64,000 nt of DNA from positions 33,108,001-33,172,000 of the forward strand of contig NC_043017.1 of NCBI RefSeq assembly GCF_006345805.1, written 5' to 3'. This document shows, in pieces, positions 1-11,373 of the stretch. Within the stretch, counting starts at the first letter, position 1, and each line of letters begins with the position of its first letter. The DNA comes from Octopus sinensis (Eukaryota). The position numbers and the translations under genes were made by a program. The notes under the pieces were generated by a model. That model ran no database searches, was not told where the DNA came from, and saw nothing but the letters and a program-made list of their open reading frames with translations.

Positions 1-220
1 TTCAGTGGTTTGACATTTTTGCACAAGGCCAGCAATTTTTCGGATGAGAGAAATTAATCGATTATATTGACTGCAGTACTTGACTGTTCCTTTAATTTTT
101 ATGAACCGCGGAAGGAAGTAAAGCAAAGCTGACAACGGCCAAGTGTGAACCGTATAGTGCCGGAACCAATAATGAAAAGCATTTTTCCGACGTTCAAATG
201 CATGTGTCAGCTCGTCGCTC
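1..220 (-). mobile_element. Degraded SINE-A copy (tRNA-derived, 'b' tail)
   Basis: Reverse complement resembles the SINE-A head (GCTCGTCGC at 210-218) and the tail motif GCACAAGGCC seen in many other copies. Confidence 0.5.
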
Positions 221-287
<67 letters not shown>

Positions 288-302
288 AATGATAATAATA
301 AT
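221..302. repeat. (TAA)n microsatellite, 5' target of the Dong-like element
   Basis: Direct reading. Confidence 0.95.
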
Positions 303-3300
303 AAAAAAAAAAATAAAAAAAAAATGCCGGAGATAAAACTATCAACAAAAAAAAAAAATACAGACGAATATAGATCTGCTAGTCTTAAGAAGCGGCGCTA
401 TGAGCAATGCTTACATGTAGTGAACCCTAAACTGACAGATCCATCTCCTAATATAAGAATGGATGCTCGTCATGCTTCAAGGTCAACAAATCAAACAATA
501 AACCGCATTGGTCATTGCGCGGATTACAACAGACCACGTACCCGAAAATTGAACCAAATCCTGATTGAAAAATCAGTTACTGGATCAAATCTTCCCAACA
601 CACAGGAGCTGGACGAACCCCACAACCGGAATATTCCAACAGATGGCCATCCATGCTCATCACCAAATAATCAAAAGAAAAAGAAGGAAAAATGGTCTAG
701 GGAAGATAATAAAGAAGTTCTTGAGGCCTTCTACCATGCCATATATTTCCCCACAGATAAGTCTAGCACTGTACAAGCATACTTAAACTGGAGACAGAAA
801 CACCCTGAAGTAAGACCCTACATAGACAGTAACAAGCTTGCCAATGTTAGAAGAAACATTATAAAAAAGAAATTACTGACTGAAGTAGAGATTGATCAGG
901 TAGACAAGCAATATCGGATAAAATGAACGAAGCTGCAGCTAGAGAAGATAATACAGAGGAAATGATTATAGACCAGCCCAGGGCGGATAAAAACGAAGAG
1001 AGGATTGAAAGAGTTAGTATAAGTGATAGGCAAAGTGAAATACGCCTGAACCAATCATAAACACTAAGACAGATGAGCATCAAATAGATAAAGAAAGTCA
1101 CACAAATATTGACCCAACAGAACTACATGAGCTAAAAAATCAAATCATGATTGAATGGCTGAAAATTAAAGAAACCAGCATGGATGAGCGTGATACACTT
1201 CCTAAAATCCGCAACTCTAACCAAAACATGAAAATAATTGGTAAAATCCGGCTTGCACTTAAGGATATAATTTCAGTTAATGATGTTGATATCACAAACC
1301 TCAACCACCTATACTATGCATCCGCGAAAATCTCAACGATCCTATGTGGTGTAAAGATTAGAAAACGGCAACAGTCCCACAAATAGCCTTCTTGGCAAGA
1401 GCGTCTGCAACAACAAATTAAAGCATTTAGATCTGACATTGAATATTTGAAAAACCTTAAGGCTCACAAGACTACCAAACCTACAAAAACCCAAAAATTA
1501 CTGAAAAATACAATATGAAAACTATACTTGATATTGATGCCACCATAGAAACCATCAAACAAAAGGTATCTGCCAAAGCTGCCCGCATAGCGAGGTATGA
1601 AAAGCGTGTTAGATTTTTCAAGGACAACAACATGTTCAAAAATAATACCAAGAATTTTTACAGGAAGATAGGCAAAACAGCGTTTACTGCAGGGTCTGTA
1701 CCATCAAAAGAAGAGTGCAGAGATTTTGGAATAAAATCTGGGCAGAAGAAAAAACACACAACGAAAAGGCCCCCTGGATTGACAGAATATCTACAGAACT
1801 GGACCCCTTAGAAGAGCAAAAGTGGGAGGGTGTCAAGGTAGAAGATATAAGATCTGCTCTCAGGAGGTCAAGCAAATGGAAGTCTCCAGGAAAGGATAAA
1901 ATTCCTAACTTCTGGCTGAATGCCTTCCCAGAGAGCCATGAACTGCTAACAGAACTGTACAATGATGTTTTGCAACACCCTAGTAGGATGCCTTCTTGGC
2001 TAGTTAATGGGTTAACATTCCTGCTTCCAAAAAGTGAAGAAACAAATGAACCAAAAAACTATAGACCCATAACCTGCTTAACAACTATGTACAAAACACT
2101 AACATCTGTCCTGACGGAATATACCTATAGTTTTTTAACAGACAGCAGCATATTCCCTAATGAACAGAAAGGATGTAAACGTGGATCCTACGGCTGTAAA
2201 GACCAACTACTCATCAATAAGATGATCTTAGAAGATTGTCACAAACGACACAAAAACTTATCAATAGCCTGGATAGACTATAAAAAGGCTTTTGATAGCC
2301 TACCACATAGCTGGATTAGGAAATGCCTTGAAATGTATAAGATAGCACCAACTATGCGAAACTTCTTGACTGTAAGTATGAGATCATGGAGAACCACACT
2401 AACTCTGAACAGTGACAGTGAATCCCTAAATGCTGGTGATGTAAAAATTTCTGTGGTGTGGCATTTTCCAGGGTGACTCACTGTCACCACTCCTCTTTTG
2501 TTTATCCTTAATACCTCTCTCAAAGCTGCTCAATGACGCGCAGTACGGGTATAAAATGTTTGATAAAAATATAAATCATCTCGTTTACATGGATGATTTA
2601 AAGCTTTTTGCAAAAAATGATCAACAACTCAAGGGCTTACTAGCGATAGTCAAACAATTCAGTGACGACATCAGAATGCAATTCGGCCTCGATAAATGTG
2701 CAAAGGCTACCTTTATCAAAGGAAAAATGACAGAAACATCTAACGTTAACCTTGACCAACAGAATGTCATAAAAGAACTAGACCCAGCGGAGAGCTACAA
2801 GTACCTAGGGGTAATTGAAGGGAACGGAATAAGGCATTCAGAGATGAAGGAAAGGATCAGGAGAGAATGCTATCGAAGAAGAGTGAGAGCAATACTCAAG
2901 ACAGAGCTGAATGCAAGAAACAGGATCGAAGCAATCAATGCATTAGCTATACCAGTCGTGACTTACAGTTTCAATATTGTTAACTGGTCAATTACTGAAA
3001 TATGTCAGCTCGACAGAAAAATAAGGAAACTGTTGACAATGCATAGAATGCACCACCCTAAGGCAGATACAGAACGACTCTATCTGCCAAGAAAAGAGGG
3101 AGGCCGTGGTCTTTTGCAACTGGCAATAACAATGAAGATTGCTACAATTGGCCTAGACACCTACCTGAAAAACTCTGAGGACTGGATGTTAAAACTTGTC
3201 TCAAAACATGAAAACAAGAAAGCATCATACTCAGTCACAAAACAGGCAAAGGAATATCTAAGTGAATTCCGAATACAACCAATTTCGGAATTAGAGATAG

Positions 3301-4360
3301 ACATACGAGAAACAAGCACAGAAAAAGCTAGGCGCATGAAAACCCGTGCCAAAACTGCGGCCTTAGATATTCTGAATAATAAATGGCAAGAAAAACCTCT
3401 CTATGGCAAATACCCAAAGAGAGCGAATAATGCAGATATCGACAAAGCCCTGACCCATCAATGGCTAATGGCCTCTGGCTTAAAATCTGAAACAGAGGGG
3501 TTTATCATAGCAGCTCAAGATCAATGCCTACCAACAAGAAACTACCAGGCCAACATATTAAAGATCAGAAGCAGTCCAACGTGTCGTGTATGCAAGCAAC
3601 AAAATGAAACCATTGACCATGTGGTCTCCAAGTGCAGTCTTCTAGCGCCTACAGAGTATCTCAACAGGCACGATAGAGCTGCACAATATATTCACTGGGT
3701 AATCTGTAAAAACCTGGATTTGCCCCATGAAAAAAACTGGTGGGAACACAAACCACCCCCAGTGCTTGAAAATGACCACATCTCACTCCTCTGGAACTTC
3801 ACCATTCAAACTGACAGGAAGATAGATGCAAATAGGCCAGATCATATTGAAAGACTTCAAACAAAGAATATGCCTCCTCATTGATATGACTGTCCCAATC
3901 GATATAAACGTATCTGTCAAGACCTACCAAAAACTGAGCAAATATAAAGATCTTGAAATAGAAATCAGCAAAATGTGGAAGCTGAAGACTAAAACAATAC
4001 CTGTTGTCATAGGTGCCCTGGGAATGATAGCAAAAGGGGCTGATAGCTACCTAACTCAGATACCAGGAAACCCAAAAATGACAGAAGTTCAAAAGATAGT
4101 GCTCATGGGAACTGCTCATATCCTACGCAAAATACTCTCTATGTAATCTCAAGGTTTAAAACAAACATAATTTTCGGTTAAAAAAAAAAAAAAAAAAAAT
4201 TTTTTTTTTAGACATTCATTAGTACAACATCCCCACCCCCCAAATATATGGCACACTAGGCATAACAACAACATGAACTTCCAACCCTGTTGTCTCTTGA
4301 GGTCTCTGGGTGAGACTTGGAGCCAACTTGTACAAATATAAAGCAAAAGTCAAACATAGA
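303..4360 (+). mobile_element. Near full-length R4/Dong-like non-LTR retrotransposon (family A)
   Basis: About 4.06 kb, bounded by (TAA)n on both sides. Single ORF architecture: Myb-like N-terminus, RT, CCHC finger and restriction-like endonuclease (RLE), then a ~215-bp 3' UTR. Confidence 0.9.
324..4146 (+). pseudogene. Frameshifted RT-RLE polyprotein ORF of Dong-like family A
   Basis: KWSREDN...KLANVRRNII (Myb-like); YRPITCLTT; EQKG; AWIDYKKAFDSLPHSW; GIFQGDSLSPLLF (from 2460); YMDDLK; CRVC...ETIDHVVSKC; RHD; PDI...IDMTVP...KLSKYKDL. Broken by several 1-2 nt indels and an in-frame stop at 1384-1386. Confidence 0.9.
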
Positions 4361-4470
4361 ATAATAATAATAATAATAATATAATAATATAATAATAATA
4401 ATAATAATGATAATAAGATTATTAATAATAATAATAATAATAATAACAACAATAATAATAATAATAATAA
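4360..4470. repeat. (TAA)n tract between Dong A and Dong B
   Basis: Direct reading. Confidence 0.95.
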
Positions 4471-5106
4471 TTGGCTAATAAGTCGGCATTACAATATCAA
4501 AACTGCCGACAAGTGGTATAATCACCACCTGAGGCTGTAACTGAAGGAGAAAATGTAACCATTCTGTGGGACTTTCCAGTACATAAAGACCGAACCATCA
4601 AGGCCAATAAACCAGATATTGTTGTGAAAGACCAAAACAATAAAGTTTGCTTATTGATCGACATGAGCATCCCCTGTGATCATAATATCTCAGCGAAAGA
4701 GTTTGACAAGCTCAGAAAATATAAAGACCTACTCATTGAAATTGAGAAAATGTGGCATCTCATCTCAGGCGGTTACAATACCAGTGATCGTAGGAGCACT
4801 AGGAATGATCAAGAAGGGAACCGAAAATTATATGAGAATGATCCCTGGCTTACCATCCCTGCAAGAAGTGCAAAAGATTGTCTTAACTGGTATATCACAC
4901 GTATTGAGAAGAGCATTGTCGATGTGAGAACTGTTGCTGCTCATGCATTTTAATTTAACTTAAAAAAAAAATTTTTTTTTAAAAATGAACGAACTACTGA
5001 GTTTGGTTTAATGGCCTACCAATATACACTATGAGTTTCTTTGCCCTAGGAGTCGGGAAGACACTCGGCAAGAAATGGAAGAAAATTTGAAAGAAGAAAA
5101 AAAAAG
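4471..5106 (+). mobile_element. 5'-truncated Dong-like element, family B (RLE domain and 3' UTR), copy 1
   Basis: ILWDFPVHKDRTIKANKPDIVVKD...CLLIDMSIP...KYKDL...IPVIVGALG. Its 3' UTR differs from family A, and it is flanked by (TAA)n. Confidence 0.85.
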
Positions 5107-5137
5107 TAATAATAATGATAATAATAATAATAATAAT

Positions 5138-6879
5138 TGATCAACAACTCAAGGGCTTACTAGCGATAGTCAAACAATTCAGTGACGACATCAGAATGCA
5201 ATTCGGCCTCGATAAATGTGCAAAGGCTACCTTTATCAAAGGAAAAATGACAGAAACATCTAACGTTAACCTTGACCAACAGAATGTCATAAAAGAACTA
5301 GACCCAGCGGAGAGCTACAAGTACCTAGGGGTAATTGAAGGGAACGGAATAAGGCATTCAGAGATGAAGGAAAGGATCAGGAGAGAATGCTATCGAAGAG
5401 TGAGAGCAATACTCAAGACAGAGCTGAATGCAAGAAACAGGATCGAAGCAATCAATGCATTAGCTATACCAGTCGTGACTTACAGTTTCAATATTGTTAA
5501 CTGGTCAATTACTGAAATATGTCAGCTCGACAGAAAAATAAGGAAACTGTTGACAATGCATAGAATGCACCACCCTAAGGCAGATACAGAACGACTCTAT
5601 CTGCCAAGAAAAGAGAGGGAGGCCGTGGTCTTTTGCAACTGGCAATAACAATGAAGATTGCTACAATTGGCCTAGACACCTACCTGAAAAACTCTGAGGA
5701 CTGGATGTTAAAACTTGTCTCAAAACATGAAAACAAGAAAGCATCATACTCAGTCACAAAACAGGCAAAGGAATATCTAAGTGAATTCCGAATACAACCA
5801 ATTTCGGAATTAGAGATAGACATACGAGAAACAAGCACAGAAAAAGCTAGGCGCATGAAAACCCGTGCCAAAACTGCGGCCTTAGATATTCTGAATAATA
5901 AATGGCAAGAAAAACCTCTCTATGGCAAATACCCAAAGAGAGCGAATAATGCAGATATCGACAAAGCCCTGACCCATCAATGGCTAATGGCCTCTGGCTT
6001 AAAATCTGAAACAGAGGGGTTTATCATAGCAGCTCAAGATCAATGCCTACCAACAAGAAACTACCAGGCCAACATATTAAAGATCAGAAGCAGTCCACGT
6101 GTCGTGTATGCAAGCAACAAAATGAAACCATTGACCATGTGGTCTCCAAGTGCAGTCTTCTAGCGCCTACAGAGTATCTCAACAGGCACGATAGAGCTGC
6201 ACAATATATTCACTGGGTAATCTGTAAAAACCTGGATTTGCCCCATGAAAAAACTGGTGGGAACACAAACCACCCCCAGTGCTTGAAAATGACCACATCT
6301 CACTCCTCTGGAACTTCACCATTCAAACTGACAGGAAGATAGATGCAAATAGGCCAGACATCATATTGAAAGACTTCAAACAAAGAATATGCCTCCTCAT
6401 TGATATGACTGTCCCAATCGATATAAACGTATCTGTCAAGACCTACCAAAAACTGAGCAAAATATAAGATCTTGAAATAGAAATCAGCAAAATGTGGAAG
6501 CTGAAGACTAAAACAATACCTGTTGTCATAGGTGCCCTGGGAATGATAGCAAAAGGGGCTGATAGCTACCTAACTCAGATACCAGGAAACCCAAAAATGG
6601 CGCAGAAGTTCAAAAGATAGTGCTCATGGGAACTGCTCATATCCTACGCAAAATACTCTCTATGTAATCTCAAGGTTTAAAACAAACATAATTTTCGGTT
6701 TAAAAAAAAAAAAAAAAAAATTTTTTTTTTAGACATTCATTAGTACAACATCCCCACCCCCCAAATATATGGCACACTAGGCATAACAACAACATGAACT
6801 TCCAACCCTGTTGTCTCTTGAGGTCTCTGGGTGAGACTTGGAGCCAACTTGTACAAATATAAAGCAAAAGTCAAACATA

Positions 6880-6881
<2 letters not shown>
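5138..6881 (+). mobile_element. 5'-truncated Dong family A, copy 2
   Basis: Near-identical to 2618-4360; starts at TGATCAACAACTC directly after (TAA)n. Confidence 0.92.
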
Positions 6882-6939
<58 letters not shown>

Positions 6940-6996
6940 TAATATTATTAATAATAATAATAATAATAATAACAATAATAATAATAATAATAATAA

Positions 6997-7621
6997 TTGG
7001 CTAATAAGTCGGCATTACAATATCAAAACTGCCGACAAGTGGTATAATCACCACCCTGAGGCTGTAACTGAAGGAGAAAATGTAACCATTCTGTGGGACT
7101 TTCCAGTACATAAAGACCGAACCATCAAGGCCAATAAACCAGATATTGTTGTGAAAGACCAAAACAATAAAGTTTGCTTATTGATCGACATGAGCATCCC
7201 CTGTGATCATAATATCTCAGCGAAAGAGTTTGACAAGCTCAGAAAATATAAAGACCTACTCATTGAAATTGAGAAAATGTGGCATCTCAAGGCGGTTACA
7301 ATACCAGTGATCGTAGGAGCACTAGGAATGATCAAGAAGGGAACCGAAAATTATATGAGAATGATCCCTGGCTTACCATCCCTGCAAGAAGTGCAAAAGA
7401 TTGTCTTAACTGGTATATCACACGTATTGAGAAGAGCATTGTCGATGTGAGAACTGTTGCTGCTCATGCATTTTAATTTAACTTAAAAAAAATTTTTTTT
7501 TTAAAATGAACGAACTACTGAGTTTGGTTAATGGCCTACCAATATACACTATGAGTTTCTTTGCCCTAGGAGTCGGGAACACTCGGCAAGAAATGGAAGA
7601 AAATTTGAAAAAAAAAAAAAG
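6997..7621 (+). mobile_element. 5'-truncated Dong family B, copy 2
   Basis: Near-identical to 4471-5106, with the same 5' breakpoint TTGGCTAATAAG. Confidence 0.9.
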
Positions 7622-7652
7622 TAATAATAATGATAATAATAATAATAATAAT

Positions 7653-9388
7653 TGATCAACAACTCAAGGGCTTACTAGCGATAGTCAAACAATTCAGTGA
7701 CGACATCAGAATGCAATTCGGCCTCGATAAATGTGCAAAGGCTACCTTTATCAAAGGAAAAATGACAGAAACATCTAACGTTAACCTTGACCAACAGAAT
7801 GTCATAAAAGAACTAGACCCAGCGGAGAGCTACAAGTACCTAGGGTAATTGAAGGGAACGGAATAAGGCATTCAGAGATGAAGGAAAGGATCAGGAGAGA
7901 ATGCTATCGAAGAGTGAGAGCAATACTCAAGACAGAGCTGAATGCAAGAAACAGGATCGAAGCGATCAATGCATTAGCTATACCAGTCGTGACTTACAGT
8001 TTCAATATTGTTAACTGGTCAATTACTGAAATATGTCAGCTCGACTGAAAAATAAGGAAACTGTTGACAATGCATAGAATGCACCACCCTAAGGCAGATA
8101 CAGAACGACTCTATCTGCCAAGAAAAGAGGGAGGCCGTGGTCTTTTGCAACTGGCAATAACAATGAAGATTGCTACAATTGGCCTAGACACCTACCTGAA
8201 AAACTCTGAGAACTGGATGTTAAAACTTGTCTCAAAACATGAAACAAGAAAGCATCATACTCAGTCACAAAACAGGCAAAGGAATATCTAAGTGAATTCC
8301 GAATACAACCAATTTCGGAATTAGAGATAGATATACAAGAAACAAGCACAGAAAAAGCTAGGCGCATGAAAACCCGTGCCAAAACTGCGACCTTAGATAT
8401 TTGAATAATAAATGGCAAGAAAAACCTCTCTTTGGCAAATACCCAAAGAGAGCGAATAATGCAGATATCGACAAAGCCCTGACCCATCAATGGCTAATGG
8501 CCTCTGGCTTAAAATCTGAAACAGAGGGGTTTATCATAGCAGCTCAAGATCAATGCCTACCAACAAGAAACTACCAGGCCAACATATTAAAGATCAGAAG
8601 CAGTCCAACGTGTCGTGTATGCAAGCAACAAAATGAAACCATTGACCATGTGGTCTCCAAGTGCAGTCTTCTAGCGCCTACAGAGTATCTCAACAGGCAC
8701 GATAGAGCTGCACAATATATTCACTGGGTAATCTGTAAAAACCTGGATTTGCCCCATGAAACAAACTGGTGGGAACACAAACCACCCCAGTGCTTGAAAA
8801 TGACCACATCTCACTCCTCTGGGACTTCACCATTCAAACTGACAGGAAGATAGATGCAAATAGGCCAGACATCATATTGAAAGACTTCAAACAAGAATAT
8901 GCCTCCTCATTGATATGACTGTCCCAATCGATATAAACGTATCTGTCAAGACCTACCAAAAACTGAGCAAATATAAAGATCTTGAAATAGAAATCAGCAA
9001 AATGTGGAAGCTGAAGACTAAAACAATACCTGTTGTCATAGGTGCCCTGGGAATGATAGCAAAAGGGGCTGATAGCTACCTAACTCAGATACCAGGAAAC
9101 CCAAAAATGGCAGAAGTTCAAAAGATAGTGCTCATGGGAACTGCTCATATCCTACGCAAAATACTCTCTATGTAATCTCAAGGTTTAAAACAAACATAAT
9201 TTTCGGTTAAAAAAAAAAAAAAGAAACTTTTTTTTTTAGACATTCATTAGTACAGCATCCCCACCCCCCAAATATATGGCACACTAGGCATAACAACAAC
9301 ATGAACTTCCAACCCTGTTGTCTCTTGAGGTCTCTGGGTGAGACTTGGAGCCAACTTGTACAAATATAAAGCAAAAGTCAAACATAGA
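7653..9388 (+). mobile_element. 5'-truncated Dong family A, copy 3
   Basis: Same 5' breakpoint as copy 2; carries about ten private substitutions. Confidence 0.92.
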
Positions 9389-9405
9389 ATAGTAATAATA
9401 ATAAT

Positions 9406-9588
9406 CCATTCTTCTATAGACACAAGGCCTGAAATTTTGGAGGGGGAACCAGTCGATTACATGGACCCCAGTATCCAACTGGTACTTAATTTATCGACCC
9501 TGGAATTTAAACTCAGAACGTAGCGCCAGACGAAATACCACCAAGTATTTCCCGCTTGCCTGCTAATGATTCTGCCAGCTCACCGCCT
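9406..9588 (-). mobile_element. SINE-A ('b' tail)
   Basis: Reverse complement of the head GGCGGTGAGCTGGCAGAA and of the tail AGGCCTTGTGTCTATAGAAG; (TAA)n on both sides. Confidence 0.75.
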
Positions 9589-10141
9589 AATAATAATAGT
9601 AATAATAATAATACTAATAATAATAATACTAATACTAATACTACTAATAATAATTTCTTTTATTAGTCACAGGGGCACAGATGAGGAGGACATCACAAGG
9701 ATAGACAATAATTTCTACGGGGATTTATATAAAGGATGGTGAGAGAGAAAGGGAAAAAAGACGGTGAAGTACGATAAGAGTATACGTAGTATATAAAGTC
9801 TGTGATAACATGAATGACGCAATATCTCTGACACTGGAAAATTAAGGGCCAATCAAGAAACCGCACAAATCCAGGATTACCCAGGATTACCTCTCTCCCA
9901 TGCCTCTAATCTACAGACGCATACTTAGAGTGAGGTCATTCACTCTTAATATTACTATAGTCGCTCATCCTTTCACAAACTCACTAGGAGGGAGCACTTC
10001 CTTCTCCAACCTTACTTTCATTCCGAAGGGGGCCTCAAAAATGTCGATGAGGGCTCGACCGAAGTAGGAAATGTCTTTCCTCGATCCTTTCAGCCTCATG
10101 TACGATACAACTTATTTCGCCACTAGACAGAGGTATACTTA

Positions 10142-10612
10142 GTTCTTTACTACCCACAAGAGGTTAAACACAGAGGAGACAAACAAGGACAGACAAACGG
10201 ATGAAGTCGATTACATCGACCCCAGTGCGTAACTGGTAATTAATTTATCGGCGAGCTGGCAGAATCGTTAGCACGTCGGGCGAAATGCTTAGCAGTATTT
10301 CGTCTGTCGCTACGTTCTGAGTTCAAAGTCCGCCGAGGTTGACTTTGCCTTTCATCCTTTCGGGGTCGATTAAATAAGTACCATTTACGCACTGGGGTCG
10401 ATATGATCGACTTAATCCGTTTGTCTGTCCTTGTTTGTCCCTTCTGTGTTTAGCCCCTTGTGGGTAGTAAAGAAATAGGTACTTAATTTATCGACCCCGA
10501 AAGGATGAAAGGCAAAGTCGACCTCGGCGGAATTTGAACTCAGGACGTTACGGCAGACTAAATACGGCTATTATTTCGCCCGGCGTGCTATCGATTCTGC
10601 CAACACGCTGCC
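10142..10612 (-). mobile_element. SINE-A ('a' tail) interrupted by an oppositely oriented SINE-A
   Basis: Tail half at 10142-10250 and head half at 10478-10612 are collinear with the family consensus. Confidence 0.85.
10251..10477 (+). mobile_element. SINE-A ('a' tail) nested insertion with 16-bp TSD
   Basis: A-box-like TGGCAGAATCG and B-box-like GAGTTCAAAGTCC. TSD GGTA(A/C)TTAATTTATCG at 10235-10250 and 10478-10493. Confidence 0.9.
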
Positions 10613-10659
10613 TTTCAACACCTTCATAATTATGATGACGATGATGATGATGATGATAC

Positions 10660-10791
10660 TTTCTACTATAGGTACACGGCCTGTGATTTTGGGTGTGGGT
10701 GGGGGTGGGCGTGAGGGTGGGTTAGGGGTAAGCCGATTACATCGTTCTCAGCGCTCAGCTGGTACTTATTTTATCGATACCGCTATGTTCA
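10660..10791 (-). mobile_element. SINE-A 'b' 3' fragment
   Basis: CTTTCTACTATAGGTACACGGCCTG tail motif. Confidence 0.65.
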
Positions 10792-10978
10792 TCTTGATCG
10801 CCCCAGTATCAGAACTCTTTCCACCGGACAGAACCTTTAAAATAAATGAAGCGCTATGAGTCAATAAGAACATTAGCAAGTAAATCTGATAAAGCGGTGT
10901 GATCGATGCTCGGAATAAAATGAGTGCTATGAAATATTGTGTGCGATAAAACAGTATACATAATAAAAGGTATGGACT

Positions 10979-11373
10979 TTTAGCACACCGGGCGAAATGC
11001 GTAGCCGTATTTCGTCTGCCGTTACGTTCTGAGTTCAAATTCCGCCGAGGTCGATTTTGCCTTTCATTCTTCCGGGGTCGATAAATTAAGTACCAGTTGC
11101 GTACTGGGGTCGATGTAAGCGACTTAATCCGTTTGTCTGTCCTTGTTTGTCCCCTCTATGTTTAGACCCTTGAGGGCAATAAAGAAATGAATATTTCGTC
11201 TGTCTTTACGTTCTGAGTTCAAATTCCGGCGAGGTCGATTTTGCCTTTCATTCTTCCGGGGTCGATAAATTATGTACCAGTTGCGTACTGGGGTTGATGT
11301 AATCGACTTAATCCGTTTGTCTGTCCTTGTTTGCCCACTCTGTGTTTAGCCCCTTGTGGGCAATAAAGAAATA
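10979..11373 (+). mobile_element. Tandem SINE-A dimer (a+a)
   Basis: Two bodies joined at AAAGAAATG|AATATTTCGTCTG. Confidence 0.85.

Noticed and set aside
9990-10060. Very degenerate PLE-end/hammerhead-like trace (TTCCGAAGGGGGCCTCAAAAATGTC)
   Set aside because: Core boxes and stems are too decayed to support a call.
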